DNA of 64,000 nt from a virus, in IMG/VR virus record IMGVR_UViG_3300037804_000222, positions 1 through 64,000 of that record, one strand, 5' to 3'. Shown piece by piece: positions 9,833 through 21,656 of this stretch. The notes under the pieces are model-generated. The model made no database searches, was not told where the DNA came from, and was given only the letters and a program-made list of their open reading frames with translations. The translations under genes were made by a program, and so were the position numbers. The number at the start of each line of letters is the position of its first letter. Position 1 is the stretch's first letter.

Positions 9833-12800
9833 TGGCAAACGGAAATGATGAAATAGTACCCGCAGGAGTAGCTGGTCTAGAGGTATCTCAAATGCGTTTA
9901 GGAAAAGACCTACTTCCTGAAGCTGTAAAAACTCCCGAATTTACGCTTGCCCCTTCAGGAGAAGCTAGTGTAGTAGATTTAGGATTTACTCCTACAACCT
10001 TAACTCCTGATATACCTGGGTTTACTTCTGAGGAATCTAGACAGCGTGATATATATAGAGATTATGGTGTAGATGTTCGTCCAGGAGTTAACTTAGAAAG
10101 TACTGCAGCACAATTACAAAGCAAAGCAAGTAAATGGGGGAATGGAGTGGTTAAAATGTTAGGTACTGCTACAACTACATTTTTAGAACCTTTTGTAGAT
10201 GTATTTGCAGGAATTCCTTACGCCGTTGCTACAGGAAGAACTGCAGGTGTATTTGATAATCCTATAACACAATCTTTTGATAGTTTTCATGAATACCTTA
10301 GAAAAGAACTCCCCCATTTTTATTCACAAGCAGAAAAAGATTATGGCTTTTGGAAAAGTCTAGGTACTGCAAACTTTTGGTCTGATCAAGGACTACAAGG
10401 AGTTGGATTTTTAGCAGGCGCTATCGGAAGTGGTTATGCGGCAGGGGCTTCTGGAGTTATAGGAAAAAGCTCTAGAGCTATTGGTATGGGCCGAGTAAAA
10501 GCTTGGAGAAATATTGTAAATAAATGGAGAGGTTCTAACCTATCTTACACGGCTTCTGAAATAAGTAAGTTAAGAGATGCTATAGGACATGTAAATACTA
10601 CAGCACAATCTGCAAATTTATTTGGAGCAGGTTTATTTTCAGCAATTGGGGAAGCTGGTATAGAAGCTAGAGAGTCTAAACGTAGAGCCATTGAAATAAT
10701 GGGCCAACTTAGATCTGAAGGAGATCCTAGATACGTAGGGATGACTGATCAGGAGATGGATATATTATCAGATACTGCAGCAAATACAGCTTTTGGATTG
10801 AATACTTTAATTGTAGGTGGAAGTAATATATTACAATTCGGTAAAATGTTTTCTAGAGGATGGTCTCCTACCTCTACTAAATATATGAAAGGACTAATAG
10901 ACCAAAAAGCTCCTTTAAAGTATGCACTTAAAGATTTACCTAAAGGATGGCAAAGAGCTGCTCAAACAGCGGCATGGTTCAAACGCCCGTCTGTAGAAGC
11001 ATTTGAAGAATGGTCTCAAGCTGCTATTAATGTAGGGGTAGAAGATTATTTTACAGATGTGTACTCCTCCGATCCTTGGTCAGAAATGTCTGATTATATT
11101 GAAGGAGGTATGGGAATAATGGGAAGCCTTTTAGAAGGATATGTAGAAGCCCCTCAAACAAAAGAGGGACAGCAAGCTATATTCTTAGGGGCCTTACTAG
11201 GTAAGCTTGGGGAAGTAGGCTCTTCTTTAAGAGAAGAAGGAGTTACATCCAGACAAGAATGGGTTAAAACATATGAAAGAACTAAAGATCTTGTTACTAA
11301 ACTAAATGGATTAGATCCTAATGGAACTCTTGCTAAATTATTAAAAGCACACGCCCAAATACAAAAGTCTCAAGGAAGAATGGACAAGCACCTAGAAGCA
11401 GGCGATGTATTTTCTTATAAAAATGAAGAGTCAAGAGCATTATTTTCCCTTATAGATACATATATAGAAGCGGGTCGTGTAGAAGATCTTAAAGCTTTTG
11501 TAGGTTCTTTAGAGACCCTTACAAATGAGGAGTTTAAAGAGGCTATGGGAATACCTGAAGACATAAAGATTAAAGATGTTTCTGAACAGGTAAGACAAAT
11601 AAAAGATAAAATAGAATTCATAGAAAAAGAAAAACCTAAAGTAGATAAATTTATTTTAGGAGCTAAGAATTTAGATGATTTCCAAAAGGCAATAGTAGGA
11701 GAAGCTATTAGATACTATAGTTATATGGCAGATACCCTGGACACAAGAAGAGCGAGTCTTAGCCAGGAAATATCTGAATTAAGTAATGGTAATATTAATT
11801 TCGATTCATTATTAGGATTAGATATAAGTAGTGTAGAACTTAAATCAGCTCTTGCTGACATGTTAACTAATACTAATAAAGATAATAAAGTAACAGAGAT
11901 TAATAAAAATGAGTTTGCTCCTTTATTGGAGGATATAGGTATGGTGGAAGCTTTACGCCAAGAGTATATAAAACTTGTAAATGAAGTAGTTAATAAAGAA
12001 TTAAAACCTTCTGATTTAAAAGGAGTTGATAAACAAGAGGCTAAAACTAAAACTGAATCGGAGACTGAGGCTGAAGAAGTAAGAGATGAAATATTACAAG
12101 AAGAAGATGATGCTTTAGCAGAATCTAAAGAGCAAGATATAGCAGAAGAAACTAAATTGCGACGAGAGCAGCAAGGAACTAAACGAGAAAGAAAACTTGC
12201 AGCTCAAGCTAAAGAAGAAGAGTTACCTTTAGTAGAGCAATTAGAAAAAGCACTTACTATAACTCCTGAAGAAAAAGAGCAGGCCTTAAAAGATATAGCA
12301 AAAAGTACGAAATCTAAATTTAAAGCGCTTGCTAAAGAATTAGGTATTCCTATGTCTGAAGATGTTGAAAATCTTTTAAGTGCTCAAGACGCAGAAATTG
12401 AAAGATTAATTTCTTTAGAAGAGCGCGGCGTAGATATAGAAGCTACAGAAGAAACTCCTATAGGTGTACTATTATCTCATCCTAATGCGTCCGTACAAGT
12501 ACGGTTTATGGGCCAAGAAGGATTATTATTTAGAGACACTGAGACTGGAGAAATTATTTTCGAAACTCAAGCTGGAGAAGAATATGTACTGGGACAAAAT
12601 ATAAATGAGAATACATTATCTGAGTTTGGTGTAGAGGCTTTAGAAAGTCAGCATGAGGCTGCAGGAATTCGTATTATAGCCGATGGTAGAACGTTTGAAA
12701 TAAATGGAGAGTACTATAACAATCTATTTATAAATCCTCTATCTGCTATTGATCCGTTTATCTTTAGACAGGACCAACCTGGATATGTTCCTAAACGAGT

Positions 12801-15417
12801 AACGTTGTTTGATTCTAACGGTAAAAAAGTTACATTTGTTAATCCTTTTATTGTACAAGAAATATCTAGACTAATAACTCTAATAGAAGTTATTAAGAAA
12901 GAAGCTCAATTAGAATTACTAGATACAAAAGGAGATCAAGTATTTGAATTCGAAGGTAAGAAGTATTATATAGAAGATACTGTAGAGCAACGATATTCTA
13001 CAGCATTTGAAAGAAAGCAAGGATTCCCTGAAGTTATTGAAACTCCAGTATCTATAGTTTATAATGAAAAATTAAATAAACTAAGAAGTCCTGCTAAAAT
13101 AGCTCAAGTATTAAAAGCAAGAGATGCACATATTGAGAATTATGTGCAGAACAAAATTAATAAATATAAAGAAGAGTATTATGAAGACGTTTTCGGAAAA
13201 AGATCTGATGCCAATACTGCCGCTAGAACTGAAGAGGAAGTTAAACAAGACGCCTCGGAATCAACAAGCGAGCCTCTTAGCGCAGAGAGTATTGGAGCTG
13301 AACAAACTGCTCCAGACAAAACAGACGCCCAAGCCAACGCCAAACCAAAAGTAGAGGAAATAGAACGTGGGGCTGAAACTACTGTTGAGTCAGAGGAACG
13401 AGAGGATGAAAGTCCTTTCCATGACAATACTGTAAGTAATGAAGTACCAACTGATGAGAGTCCTCAAGTTACTGCTGAAGAAACAGAAGTAGCTGACTTA
13501 GGGGAGACTAGAGAGGCTGTAGTACATTCTAGCGAGCTTAATATAGATGTTCCTAATAATAATGATGTAGATATATCTAATGAAGCAGCAAACGCTAAAG
13601 ATTCTTCTATTACAGAAGAAATACAACCACTTAAAACAATACTTTCACTTGCTTGGAAATCTTTAAATCATCCTTGGGAGTCTGGAGAAATAAGCTCCTT
13701 CAACGAAAGATTAGTTAGTTTATTAGAAGGAAATGATACCACTGAATTCGGTAAGCTTAAAAAAGACGGGACCGTTAAAGGATTTGATGTAGTATTTAAG
13801 ATAGATCTAAATGATCCTAACCTAACAAAGGTTGCGGGAATGGAAGCTATTTTAAATAAAGTAAAAAATAAGAAATCTTTAACGCAAGCAGAATTAGATA
13901 AGCTCCCTATAAAAGCTCTTATACAAGTGCCTAATGCAAAATCTAGTACAGGTATAAGTCAATTTCAAACTTATGTGCACCTACCTTCTTATATAGAGCA
14001 ACATATTAAAGAGAAAGAGCATGAAGAAGCTAGACGATTATTAGCTGACTTAAGAAAAACAGTGTATACAAATTATGTAAAAGGTATAGAGTCCAGAAGT
14101 GTTATTACAGATATGACAGGAGGACATTTAAATAACGTAAACAAAACGGCTAAAAATAATATCAATACAGTATTAAATTTACGTAGACCAGGTAATCCAA
14201 TTGTTCCGCAATTTATATTTGCTCGTAATGGGAACTATATAAATGAACACGGAGAAGTAGATACAGATTTACAATTTCTATCTGTTAAACCTAAATTAGA
14301 TGAGGAAGGTAATGCTATTTCTAATAACGACGGAGCTGTATATGTAAAAGTACCTATGAATAATGGTGAGATATTTCCATTAAGAGTATTTACAAGCGAC
14401 TTAAATAAAGATTTAGCAGCATTAGTATACCAACTATATGCACAGGTGTTAAAAGGGGATAGTTTGAATTCTGAAATATCTAGATATGAATTACTTCAAA
14501 ATTCTGAACAAGAAATCTATAAAGATCTTGCAAAAATATTAGATGAAATAAAAGAAGCAGAGGCTCCTACATATAATCAAATATTAGATATACTTGTATA
14601 TAAAGGTAAGAAAACAATAAATAGTAAAGCTCCTACACTTCATTATTCTAACGGTACTTTATATTTAGGAGATAAAACATATACTGCTAAAGAATGGGGA
14701 ACTCAAAAAGATGAGATTATAGAATACTTAATGGGTAACATGCGTTCTCATGTTAATGTAGGGTATATGAATAGTAAAACTCAAAATGCATATAATATGT
14801 TTTTAACTAAACATAAATTAGTATATACTAATGCTTATGCTAATAAAGATACTGGTTCTATATTCGTACAACCTACTGTTAGATTTTCTCCTATAAATGC
14901 TCCAAGAGGAACTGCAGCACCTTTGCCAGGGCCTTCTCCAGTGGTAAAACCCGAAGCACCCGTAGCTGAAAAAGAATCTAAGAAGCCAATTCAGCCTAAA
15001 ACTGAAGGAGTGGAAACTATGGATCTTTCTGATTTACCTGCAGATATGCAAGCAGATGCTATGGCGGCATTAGAAGCAATGCAAGCAGAGATGGCTGGTC
15101 TTACTGGTGCAACAGAAACAGATCTACAAAAAGATCAAGAGCTAATTGATGCGGGGCTAGGAAATATAGTCCCTACTTATAGTAAACTAGCCTTAAAGCT
15201 TAAAGAGGGTACTGTAATTACAGGAAAGGAATTGAAAGAATTACAAGCCGAATCTGGTTTAGAACAAAAACTTCCTGTAAATTTGCAAAATGAAGAAGGA
15301 AATATGTCTTCAGAGGAAACGATAGAATGGGGAGACCCTAGTATGTTTGGAGATCCTATGAGTACATTTAAAAGTGAGGATATAGATAATAGTATCAATA
15401 ATTTAGAATGCGACTAG
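9832..15417 (+). CDS. Giant virion (ejected) protein with N-terminal glycine-rich membrane segments
   Basis: 1861 aa; hydrophobic GxxxG segments in the first 470 aa; acidic linkers; TAATG-coupled to the upstream gene; precedes the RNAP. Confidence 0.65.
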   Translation: MANGNDEIVPAGVAGLEVSQMRLGKDLLPEAVKTPEFTLAPSGEASVVDLGFTPTTLTPDIPGFTSEESRQRDIYRDYGVDVRPGVNLESTAAQLQSKASKWGNGVVKMLGTATTTFLEPFVDVFAGIPYAVATGRTAGVFDNPITQSFDSFHEYLRKELPHFYSQAEKDYGFWKSLGTANFWSDQGLQGVGFLAGAIGSGYAAGASGVIGKSSRAIGMGRVKAWRNIVNKWRGSNLSYTASEISKLRDAIGHVNTTAQSANLFGAGLFSAIGEAGIEARESKRRAIEIMGQLRSEGDPRYVGMTDQEMDILSDTAANTAFGLNTLIVGGSNILQFGKMFSRGWSPTSTKYMKGLIDQKAPLKYALKDLPKGWQRAAQTAAWFKRPSVEAFEEWSQAAINVGVEDYFTDVYSSDPWSEMSDYIEGGMGIMGSLLEGYVEAPQTKEGQQAIFLGALLGKLGEVGSSLREEGVTSRQEWVKTYERTKDLVTKLNGLDPNGTLAKLLKAHAQIQKSQGRMDKHLEAGDVFSYKNEESRALFSLIDTYIEAGRVEDLKAFVGSLETLTNEEFKEAMGIPEDIKIKDVSEQVRQIKDKIEFIEKEKPKVDKFILGAKNLDDFQKAIVGEAIRYYSYMADTLDTRRASLSQEISELSNGNINFDSLLGLDISSVELKSALADMLTNTNKDNKVTEINKNEFAPLLEDIGMVEALRQEYIKLVNEVVNKELKPSDLKGVDKQEAKTKTESETEAEEVRDEILQEEDDALAESKEQDIAEETKLRREQQGTKRERKLAAQAKEEELPLVEQLEKALTITPEEKEQALKDIAKSTKSKFKALAKELGIPMSEDVENLLSAQDAEIERLISLEERGVDIEATEETPIGVLLSHPNASVQVRFMGQEGLLFRDTETGEIIFETQAGEEYVLGQNINENTLSEFGVEALESQHEAAGIRIIADGRTFEINGEYYNNLFINPLSAIDPFIFRQDQPGYVPKRVTLFDSNGKKVTFVNPFIVQEISRLITLIEVIKKEAQLELLDTKGDQVFEFEGKKYYIEDTVEQRYSTAFERKQGFPEVIETPVSIVYNEKLNKLRSPAKIAQVLKARDAHIENYVQNKINKYKEEYYEDVFGKRSDANTAARTEEEVKQDASESTSEPLSAESIGAEQTAPDKTDAQANAKPKVEEIERGAETTVESEEREDESPFHDNTVSNEVPTDESPQVTAEETEVADLGETREAVVHSSELNIDVPNNNDVDISNEAANAKDSSITEEIQPLKTILSLAWKSLNHPWESGEISSFNERLVSLLEGNDTTEFGKLKKDGTVKGFDVVFKIDLNDPNLTKVAGMEAILNKVKNKKSLTQAELDKLPIKALIQVPNAKSSTGISQFQTYVHLPSYIEQHIKEKEHEEARRLLADLRKTVYTNYVKGIESRSVITDMTGGHLNNVNKTAKNNINTVLNLRRPGNPIVPQFIFARNGNYINEHGEVDTDLQFLSVKPKLDEEGNAISNNDGAVYVKVPMNNGEIFPLRVFTSDLNKDLAALVYQLYAQVLKGDSLNSEISRYELLQNSEQEIYKDLAKILDEIKEAEAPTYNQILDILVYKGKKTINSKAPTLHYSNGTLYLGDKTYTAKEWGTQKDEIIEYLMGNMRSHVNVGYMNSKTQNAYNMFLTKHKLVYTNAYANKDTGSIFVQPTVRFSPINAPRGTAAPLPGPSPVVKPEAPVAEKESKKPIQPKTEGVETMDLSDLPADMQADAMAALEAMQAEMAGLTGATETDLQKDQELIDAGLGNIVPTYSKLALKLKEGTVITGKELKELQAESGLEQKLPVNLQNEEGNMSSEETIEWGDPSMFGDPMSTFKSEDIDNSINNLECD

Positions 15418-15418
15418 A

Positions 15419-18400
15419 ATGGCTTGTAATATAAACAGAAATGATAAAGGTATTGTTACTGGTGTAACTACAGACTCTGGAGAAGAGTCTGTATTGTTTA
15501 CACAGTTATCTAATTTAGTAGACAATAAACCTGAAACTGCAGTAACATTATATGCAGCTACAGATACTGAAGATTTTAAAACCTTCTTTCAAGATTCTAG
15601 ATTTGTTAATAGTTTAGGCGAACCCGCTTTAGTTGGAGAGTTCTATATGAATAACGAAGGGAGAACTTGGTGGGCTAAAGCTAGGAATTCACAAGAAGCT
15701 TTAGATAAATTTGCTTTTGGGTTAGATCGAATTTCTGGGTTAACAATTGGACAGGTAGACGATATTGTAAACTTCTTTCACGGCATGCTTATTAATAATA
15801 TCAATGATATAGAAAATATATCAGATATAGATGTTAGAAAATTACGTCCTATATTATTACAATTAGAAAATATAGTACGTAAAGATCCTCACAGAAATAA
15901 TATTGTGAAAATTCTTAAAGAGGATTTACTTAATTATGATCTTTTGAATGATAAAGGTTACCCAGGTATAAGCCAAAGTTCTAAACTCGTGGCTGCTATT
16001 AAGAATAGATTAGCTGCTGAAGGTATTATAGAGCAGCAAGAAGAAATGAAAGAAGAGGAGAAAACTTCTGGATTAAATTTAAAATCTAAAGAACTCTTTT
16101 CTCCTAAAGATAATGCACAAGCTAGTACAAAACTTTTATTCCGAGGTCTTCATGATACTTTCTATACAGGAGAGGTGATAGATGGAGTTAAAAAGAGATC
16201 TATCAGAAAAGATAAGACATTGGGAATGCCTAAATTTGTAAACTTTTCAGAAGTTTATAATTTACTTGCCCAAGAACTTACAGGTATTGTATCTGATAAG
16301 AACACTGAAGATGTTTACGAGGCATATTTAAGTAAAATTAGATCTTTAACAAAATATTATCCTTTTCTTGTAGAGCTTGAGTATAAGCTAGAAAATGCAA
16401 AAGGGAATTCTCCTACTTCCGAACAAAGAAGAACTAGATTTACAACTGCTTTTGCTTTAGAGCAACAGCCTTATTCTCAAACTCTTTATTCTGGAGAGGC
16501 TGGGAGTAGAACCTTCAAAGTAGGTAAAGCAGATGTGCAGGCTAAAGAAGAGGTGGTTAGAGAGAAATGGCAAGAAGGCTTTAAGAATATTTTAACTAAA
16601 TATAGTAGAACAGGTAAACACTTGTTTAAAGATGAGGTTGCTGTAGCAGCCGCCAGATCTTTTCAAAAGCTTTTAAAAGAATATAGACAAGCAGCTAAAG
16701 CAGATAAAACTGCATACCCAGCTCAATACATACAACAGCTATCTCAAATCTTAGACTCTGTTGGTATAGATATGTCTACAGAAGCTTTAAAATATCATAT
16801 AGATGAAGTCGCTAAAGGTAAAACAATGGCGAGTAAAGTTCTAGATACTTTTAGTAATTTAGAATTTGTATTTGGAAAGCAGGGATTATTAAAACTAGCA
16901 GATCGATATGGTAAGTATAAAGATGCTAAACGAGCGCAGCGTCCTATAGAAGATAAAAACGGTAAAGTTATTAATCTATATAAAGACGAGAAAGGTGTAT
17001 TAGCATTAGCTAAGTCTCAAGCAAAGTTTGAACTAGGATTTCATGAAAATAGTGTTTTAGGGCCCAAAGGAGATATTTATTGGCCGTTTTCAGATATAAG
17101 TTATTTATCTCAAATCATTGCACAGTTTAAGCAAGGAGATTTAAGTTATTTAGAAGCTTTAAAAGGACAAGTATATAATAAGAATTCTAAATGGTTAAAT
17201 TATTTATTGGCCGACGAAAAGAATAGAGAGCTCTTTAATAAAGAAGTATTTATGCAAATGAAAGAAGAGGATACCTATGAAGGTATTAAGTATTTCAATC
17301 TTTCAGAGCCTGATCAATTAGCTGATAGAATAAATAGAGTATTGAAAGGACATCAATTTTTAATGACTCCTGGTAACGCCCGTACTCTTTATAATATTGT
17401 AGGTACTCCGCAATACTCTTCTGGAGTTAATATAAGTTTAAAAAACGAAGAATTCACATTTGAGTATACATCAGATGAAGTGCTCAATACTTTTAAAAAC
17501 TATATCATAGATGAGCTGTCTGCAATGGAGGTTGCCTATAATCAGGTTTTTGACAACGAGAATAAGCTAAGTAAAAATAAGCAAATATTATTTTATCACT
17601 ATGATAAAAATGGTAATGAAAGAGTGGATGGGATTCCTGCAGGGAATGCATTTAAACACTATTTATTTCCTGAGCTTAATTTTGGCTCTCCTATTGCTGC
17701 TGCTTTAAAGTTATATGATCAAAACGGTAAGCCCCAACCAATTAATTCTGAAACGTTAAATAGTCCTATTATAGAAAATTTAATTAAAGCGCAATTTGAA
17801 CTTCGAGCAAAAGAACAACTAATTGAAGCTATAGATTATAATTTGGTAGGAGTAGTTACTTCAAAAAAAGACAAAGAATCTGTATTTACAAATAAACAAA
17901 TAGATATTAATGTCTTAGAAAGTGGGGAATTATATAAAAATGTTCCTGATAACTTAAAGGTGGGACGAGCAATTTCTGATTATGTATATAACAGTTTAAT
18001 AGCTAATATAGAATCTACTAAATTATTTGTAGGTAATATTGCCTTTTATAAAAGTGTAGAAGACTTTCCTAAAAGATCTAATTTATATAGTACAGGAGTA
18101 ACGCCTTTACGTATCTATAAGGATAAACAAACTAATTTATATGAAGTAAATCCTTTTTACTTACAATCTACAGTATTTGATGTGCTCAAACCTTCTGACT
18201 ATATAAGCGATGTAGAATCTTACGATGAAATCGATTTAGCAGATGCTACTACCTGGATAACCCCTACATTACGTAAACAAAGAATGAAAGGATTAGGCCA
18301 ATGGAGTGCTAAAACAGAGGCCTCATTTAACAGACTGATGGCAGGAGAATTAAACACTGAAGACGTTTTAATGCTAATGCCTCAAAAGAGTACAGCCAGA

Positions 18401-21400
18401 GGAACAGAAATAAAGAATAGTCTAAATGTGCCTTATAGAGAAAAAACTGCAGAAGTAACGCTCTGGCCAGGACTGGTAAATACTATTCAGTTACAAGATC
18501 TATATGATAAAATGACTGAAGCTGAAACTACTTGGGCGGAAGAACATAATGGACAAGAAATAGGAATGTCTGTATCTGTAGAATCTGCCGTTAAAGTTGG
18601 AGCAGGAGAAAGAACTAAAATAGACGATGATGCAGGAGCAGTACTAAATCCTGAAGAGTTTGAATTAGAATATGTAGAAAAATCCCACCAATTATATGGT
18701 AAACAACAAGATGTTAATGCCAAAGGTGTAAAAGACGGGACATTTGGTTCTCAGACTAAAATGTTAATGCTTGGAGATATTAGCGATACTGCTAAAATAG
18801 GAAGTAAATCTGGGCCTCAGTGGCTACAAGAAGTGCAAGACTTAGAAAGTGCTATATCTGAACTAGGTAAAAAAGAATTCTTTGATAGATTTGGTATCTC
18901 AGAAGATCTAGAAATAAACGAAGATAAATTCAGAAAGGAATTAATAGGAATTTTTGAAAAGGATAAGTTTAAAGATGAGGCAGTACTTCAAGGATTACAA
19001 GCAGGACTAGAATTTGATGCGATATTCCAATCTAGAAGAAAAATAATGAATAAGCTTGCAAATACTTTAAGCAAGTCAACAGTTACTTATTCTGCAAACG
19101 GTACACAGGCAGTACAAATATCTTCATTTGGATTTTTACAGAATCCACAATCTATAGCAGAGTTAGATGGAGAAGCTAAATCTAAAATTAGATGGATAAA
19201 AGATGACAACACTCCTTTAGCTCCGCCAAGAATTGTTAATGGTAAATTAGAATTAGCTCAGATATTATTACCTTATAGAGTTGTAGAAAATATTCCTGGG
19301 TGGGAAACTATGACTAATGCTGAATTAAAAGCAGCTATAGGTAAAGATGTATTATCTGTTATAGGGTATCGTATTCCTACACAGTCTCTTGCCTCTATCG
19401 ATGCTTTAGATATAGTGGGTATTTTACCTGCCGAACTTGGAGATACAGCTGTAGTATATGAAGACATTACTAGAAAAACAGGTAGTGACTTTGATATTGA
19501 TAAATTATTCATGCTTATACCACATGTGTTCTATAGTAAGAAAACTGGTAAATTAGAATTAGTAGATCCGTCTGGAAGTTCTAGAAAGTCTTTAGAAAAT
19601 AAAAGAATTCTTTTATATAAAGAGTTATTCCAATCAGTTAGTGAATACCCTAGAATTATTAAATCTATAGATACTAAGGATTTAAAAGAAGATGCTACTT
19701 ATATAGAACAATTAGCAGGAGAACAAGATAGGTTTGACGGATTAAAACTATTTAGTGGGCAATTCCAACAGGAATTAAAAAGAAGGTTTGCATTAGGAGC
19801 TATAGGCGTAGGATCTATTGCGAATTCTATTATAGATAATGTTTCCTCTCAAATAGGAAAATTAAATGTTTCTAATATTGGTATTGGGGCCACTGAAACT
19901 TTAGCCGATGGTTCCATAGTTACAAGTTTACACGAAACAAGCAGAACAGACGGTCTTTTAGTATCTGAAATCCAATCAGGGTACATGAACGCATTTGTGG
20001 ATATTGAAAAAGATCCTTATATAGCGATGTTAAATGTGAATGCTGAAACATTAAATATAACTACACTTCTAGTTAGAGCTCAAGTACCCACTAAATGGAT
20101 AAATAGATTTTTAAAGCAACCTGTTATTGTAGATTATGTACGACAAATATCTATAGACAAAAGTCCTTTATTAGATCGTAAAGTAAATCGAGGGAAGTTA
20201 ATAGAATCTTTAATATCTGAGTACTCTACAGAAAATTCTTCTGAACTAGAAGCGGGACTGTCTTTAGAAAATCCTTTAGATAATGTTAAAAATATTCTTA
20301 CAGTATCTAATTTAGAACAAGGTATATCTAAAGAAAATTTAGACTATCAAGCCGCTGTAATAGCTTACTTTGATTCTATACGTAAGACAGCTGATAAGAT
20401 ATTTGACCAAAACCTGGCCTCTAAGGTTCACACAAAAGGTGTTGGACAAGGTATGATAGAGGCGCGAATGGCCTTACAAACTAAAGAAGAAATAGAAACT
20501 AGCGATGACTATATAGAAATAGGTAACTTTAATGAGAAGTTCGCTGAGGGTACAATACTAGGAAAATACTTTGAAAATGGTCCTAAACTTTTTATAGAGC
20601 TATTTGCAGATAAATTTTTATCAGGAAGACTAGAAAGCACTGAACTAGCTATGCTTGACGCCACTAATAATAAAAACTCTAAAGATTATAGATTACGTAG
20701 AGCCATGGAGGATAGAATGTATTCTTATATGTACAGTAATCACTTTGTAGGTACGCCTGAATTAGGATCTCCAGAACAATTATTATTTGATTCTGCAACT
20801 AACAAATCTTTAGTACAAGAATTAAGAAAAATGGCTATTAAATATCCTGATAATATTTTAATTGGAAAGGATAGAGGTATTTTGAAAACTACTTTAAATA
20901 GAAATGAAGAGGGAGTTAATATGGTGCCTAGTGAAATATCGATGAGTAACGCTAAGTTCTTACCAGCTGATATTAAGAAGCTTGCTAGACAAGCATGGGA
21001 GGACGGATTAAACTCTTCTATAGAAGAAGAGCAAATATTTTACAATAAATTAGTTAAATATGCGTATCTTACGTCAGGATTTAGAAATGGATTAAAAACA
21101 TTTTATGATATAGTCCCAATTTTATGGAACGTAGAAAATAAATTTAATAACTCTGTCCAGGCTTTAGGATTAGAACAAGGAAGCATGCTTCAGGCAGGAA
21201 TAGATCAGGTTATACGACATGAATATAAAAATCCTAAGTATGCCCCTAGAATACGAAAAAGTAAAGCTGTCGTACCTATAGATAAAGCAACTGGATTATT
21301 CGGTGGTATTAAGTTATTAGGAAATGAAGCTAAAAGACACCTGCTAACTAAATTTATTACATGGTCCTATAAAGGAGAGGCAAAGCTATTTAAAAATGGT

Positions 21401-21655
21401 GGATATGAAATTGTAGAAAAAGGAGGAGAACAATATTTAAATCCTTTGTTTTATCCTGTATCTCCTTTAGGTTACCAAAGCGAAGGAGGTTTTAGAGTAG
21501 TTGAGTATAGATTTGATAAAGCTGAACCTGAGAGCATGTTTGAACAAAATAAAGTAGAAGTAAGTAAAGCAGTACAGGCTAGAATAAATAAGGCCTATGA
21601 AATGGAGTCTGCTAGAGAGCGTGTACAAGAATTTACTAAACCTGAATGTATATAA
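15419..21655 (+). CDS. Virion-packaged DNA-dependent RNA polymerase (phi14:2 gp66-like, two-barrel)
   Basis: 2078 aa with GYRIPTQ followed by the catalytic TGSDFDIDKL motif, plus ESAVKVG and NAFVDIEKDP. These match the crAss-like virion RNAP. Confidence 0.93.
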   Translation: MACNINRNDKGIVTGVTTDSGEESVLFTQLSNLVDNKPETAVTLYAATDTEDFKTFFQDSRFVNSLGEPALVGEFYMNNEGRTWWAKARNSQEALDKFAFGLDRISGLTIGQVDDIVNFFHGMLINNINDIENISDIDVRKLRPILLQLENIVRKDPHRNNIVKILKEDLLNYDLLNDKGYPGISQSSKLVAAIKNRLAAEGIIEQQEEMKEEEKTSGLNLKSKELFSPKDNAQASTKLLFRGLHDTFYTGEVIDGVKKRSIRKDKTLGMPKFVNFSEVYNLLAQELTGIVSDKNTEDVYEAYLSKIRSLTKYYPFLVELEYKLENAKGNSPTSEQRRTRFTTAFALEQQPYSQTLYSGEAGSRTFKVGKADVQAKEEVVREKWQEGFKNILTKYSRTGKHLFKDEVAVAAARSFQKLLKEYRQAAKADKTAYPAQYIQQLSQILDSVGIDMSTEALKYHIDEVAKGKTMASKVLDTFSNLEFVFGKQGLLKLADRYGKYKDAKRAQRPIEDKNGKVINLYKDEKGVLALAKSQAKFELGFHENSVLGPKGDIYWPFSDISYLSQIIAQFKQGDLSYLEALKGQVYNKNSKWLNYLLADEKNRELFNKEVFMQMKEEDTYEGIKYFNLSEPDQLADRINRVLKGHQFLMTPGNARTLYNIVGTPQYSSGVNISLKNEEFTFEYTSDEVLNTFKNYIIDELSAMEVAYNQVFDNENKLSKNKQILFYHYDKNGNERVDGIPAGNAFKHYLFPELNFGSPIAAALKLYDQNGKPQPINSETLNSPIIENLIKAQFELRAKEQLIEAIDYNLVGVVTSKKDKESVFTNKQIDINVLESGELYKNVPDNLKVGRAISDYVYNSLIANIESTKLFVGNIAFYKSVEDFPKRSNLYSTGVTPLRIYKDKQTNLYEVNPFYLQSTVFDVLKPSDYISDVESYDEIDLADATTWITPTLRKQRMKGLGQWSAKTEASFNRLMAGELNTEDVLMLMPQKSTARGTEIKNSLNVPYREKTAEVTLWPGLVNTIQLQDLYDKMTEAETTWAEEHNGQEIGMSVSVESAVKVGAGERTKIDDDAGAVLNPEEFELEYVEKSHQLYGKQQDVNAKGVKDGTFGSQTKMLMLGDISDTAKIGSKSGPQWLQEVQDLESAISELGKKEFFDRFGISEDLEINEDKFRKELIGIFEKDKFKDEAVLQGLQAGLEFDAIFQSRRKIMNKLANTLSKSTVTYSANGTQAVQISSFGFLQNPQSIAELDGEAKSKIRWIKDDNTPLAPPRIVNGKLELAQILLPYRVVENIPGWETMTNAELKAAIGKDVLSVIGYRIPTQSLASIDALDIVGILPAELGDTAVVYEDITRKTGSDFDIDKLFMLIPHVFYSKKTGKLELVDPSGSSRKSLENKRILLYKELFQSVSEYPRIIKSIDTKDLKEDATYIEQLAGEQDRFDGLKLFSGQFQQELKRRFALGAIGVGSIANSIIDNVSSQIGKLNVSNIGIGATETLADGSIVTSLHETSRTDGLLVSEIQSGYMNAFVDIEKDPYIAMLNVNAETLNITTLLVRAQVPTKWINRFLKQPVIVDYVRQISIDKSPLLDRKVNRGKLIESLISEYSTENSSELEAGLSLENPLDNVKNILTVSNLEQGISKENLDYQAAVIAYFDSIRKTADKIFDQNLASKVHTKGVGQGMIEARMALQTKEEIETSDDYIEIGNFNEKFAEGTILGKYFENGPKLFIELFADKFLSGRLESTELAMLDATNNKNSKDYRLRRAMEDRMYSYMYSNHFVGTPELGSPEQLLFDSATNKSLVQELRKMAIKYPDNILIGKDRGILKTTLNRNEEGVNMVPSEISMSNAKFLPADIKKLARQAWEDGLNSSIEEEQIFYNKLVKYAYLTSGFRNGLKTFYDIVPILWNVENKFNNSVQALGLEQGSMLQAGIDQVIRHEYKNPKYAPRIRKSKAVVPIDKATGLFGGIKLLGNEAKRHLLTKFITWSYKGEAKLFKNGGYEIVEKGGEQYLNPLFYPVSPLGYQSEGGFRVVEYRFDKAEPESMFEQNKVEVSKAVQARINKAYEMESARERVQEFTKPECI

Positions 21656-21656
21656 T

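Noticed and set aside
21597-21656. Upstream start of the 1185-aa ORF
   Set aside because: It overlaps the RNAP end; ATG 21657 mirrors the previous junction and gives an MxC start.
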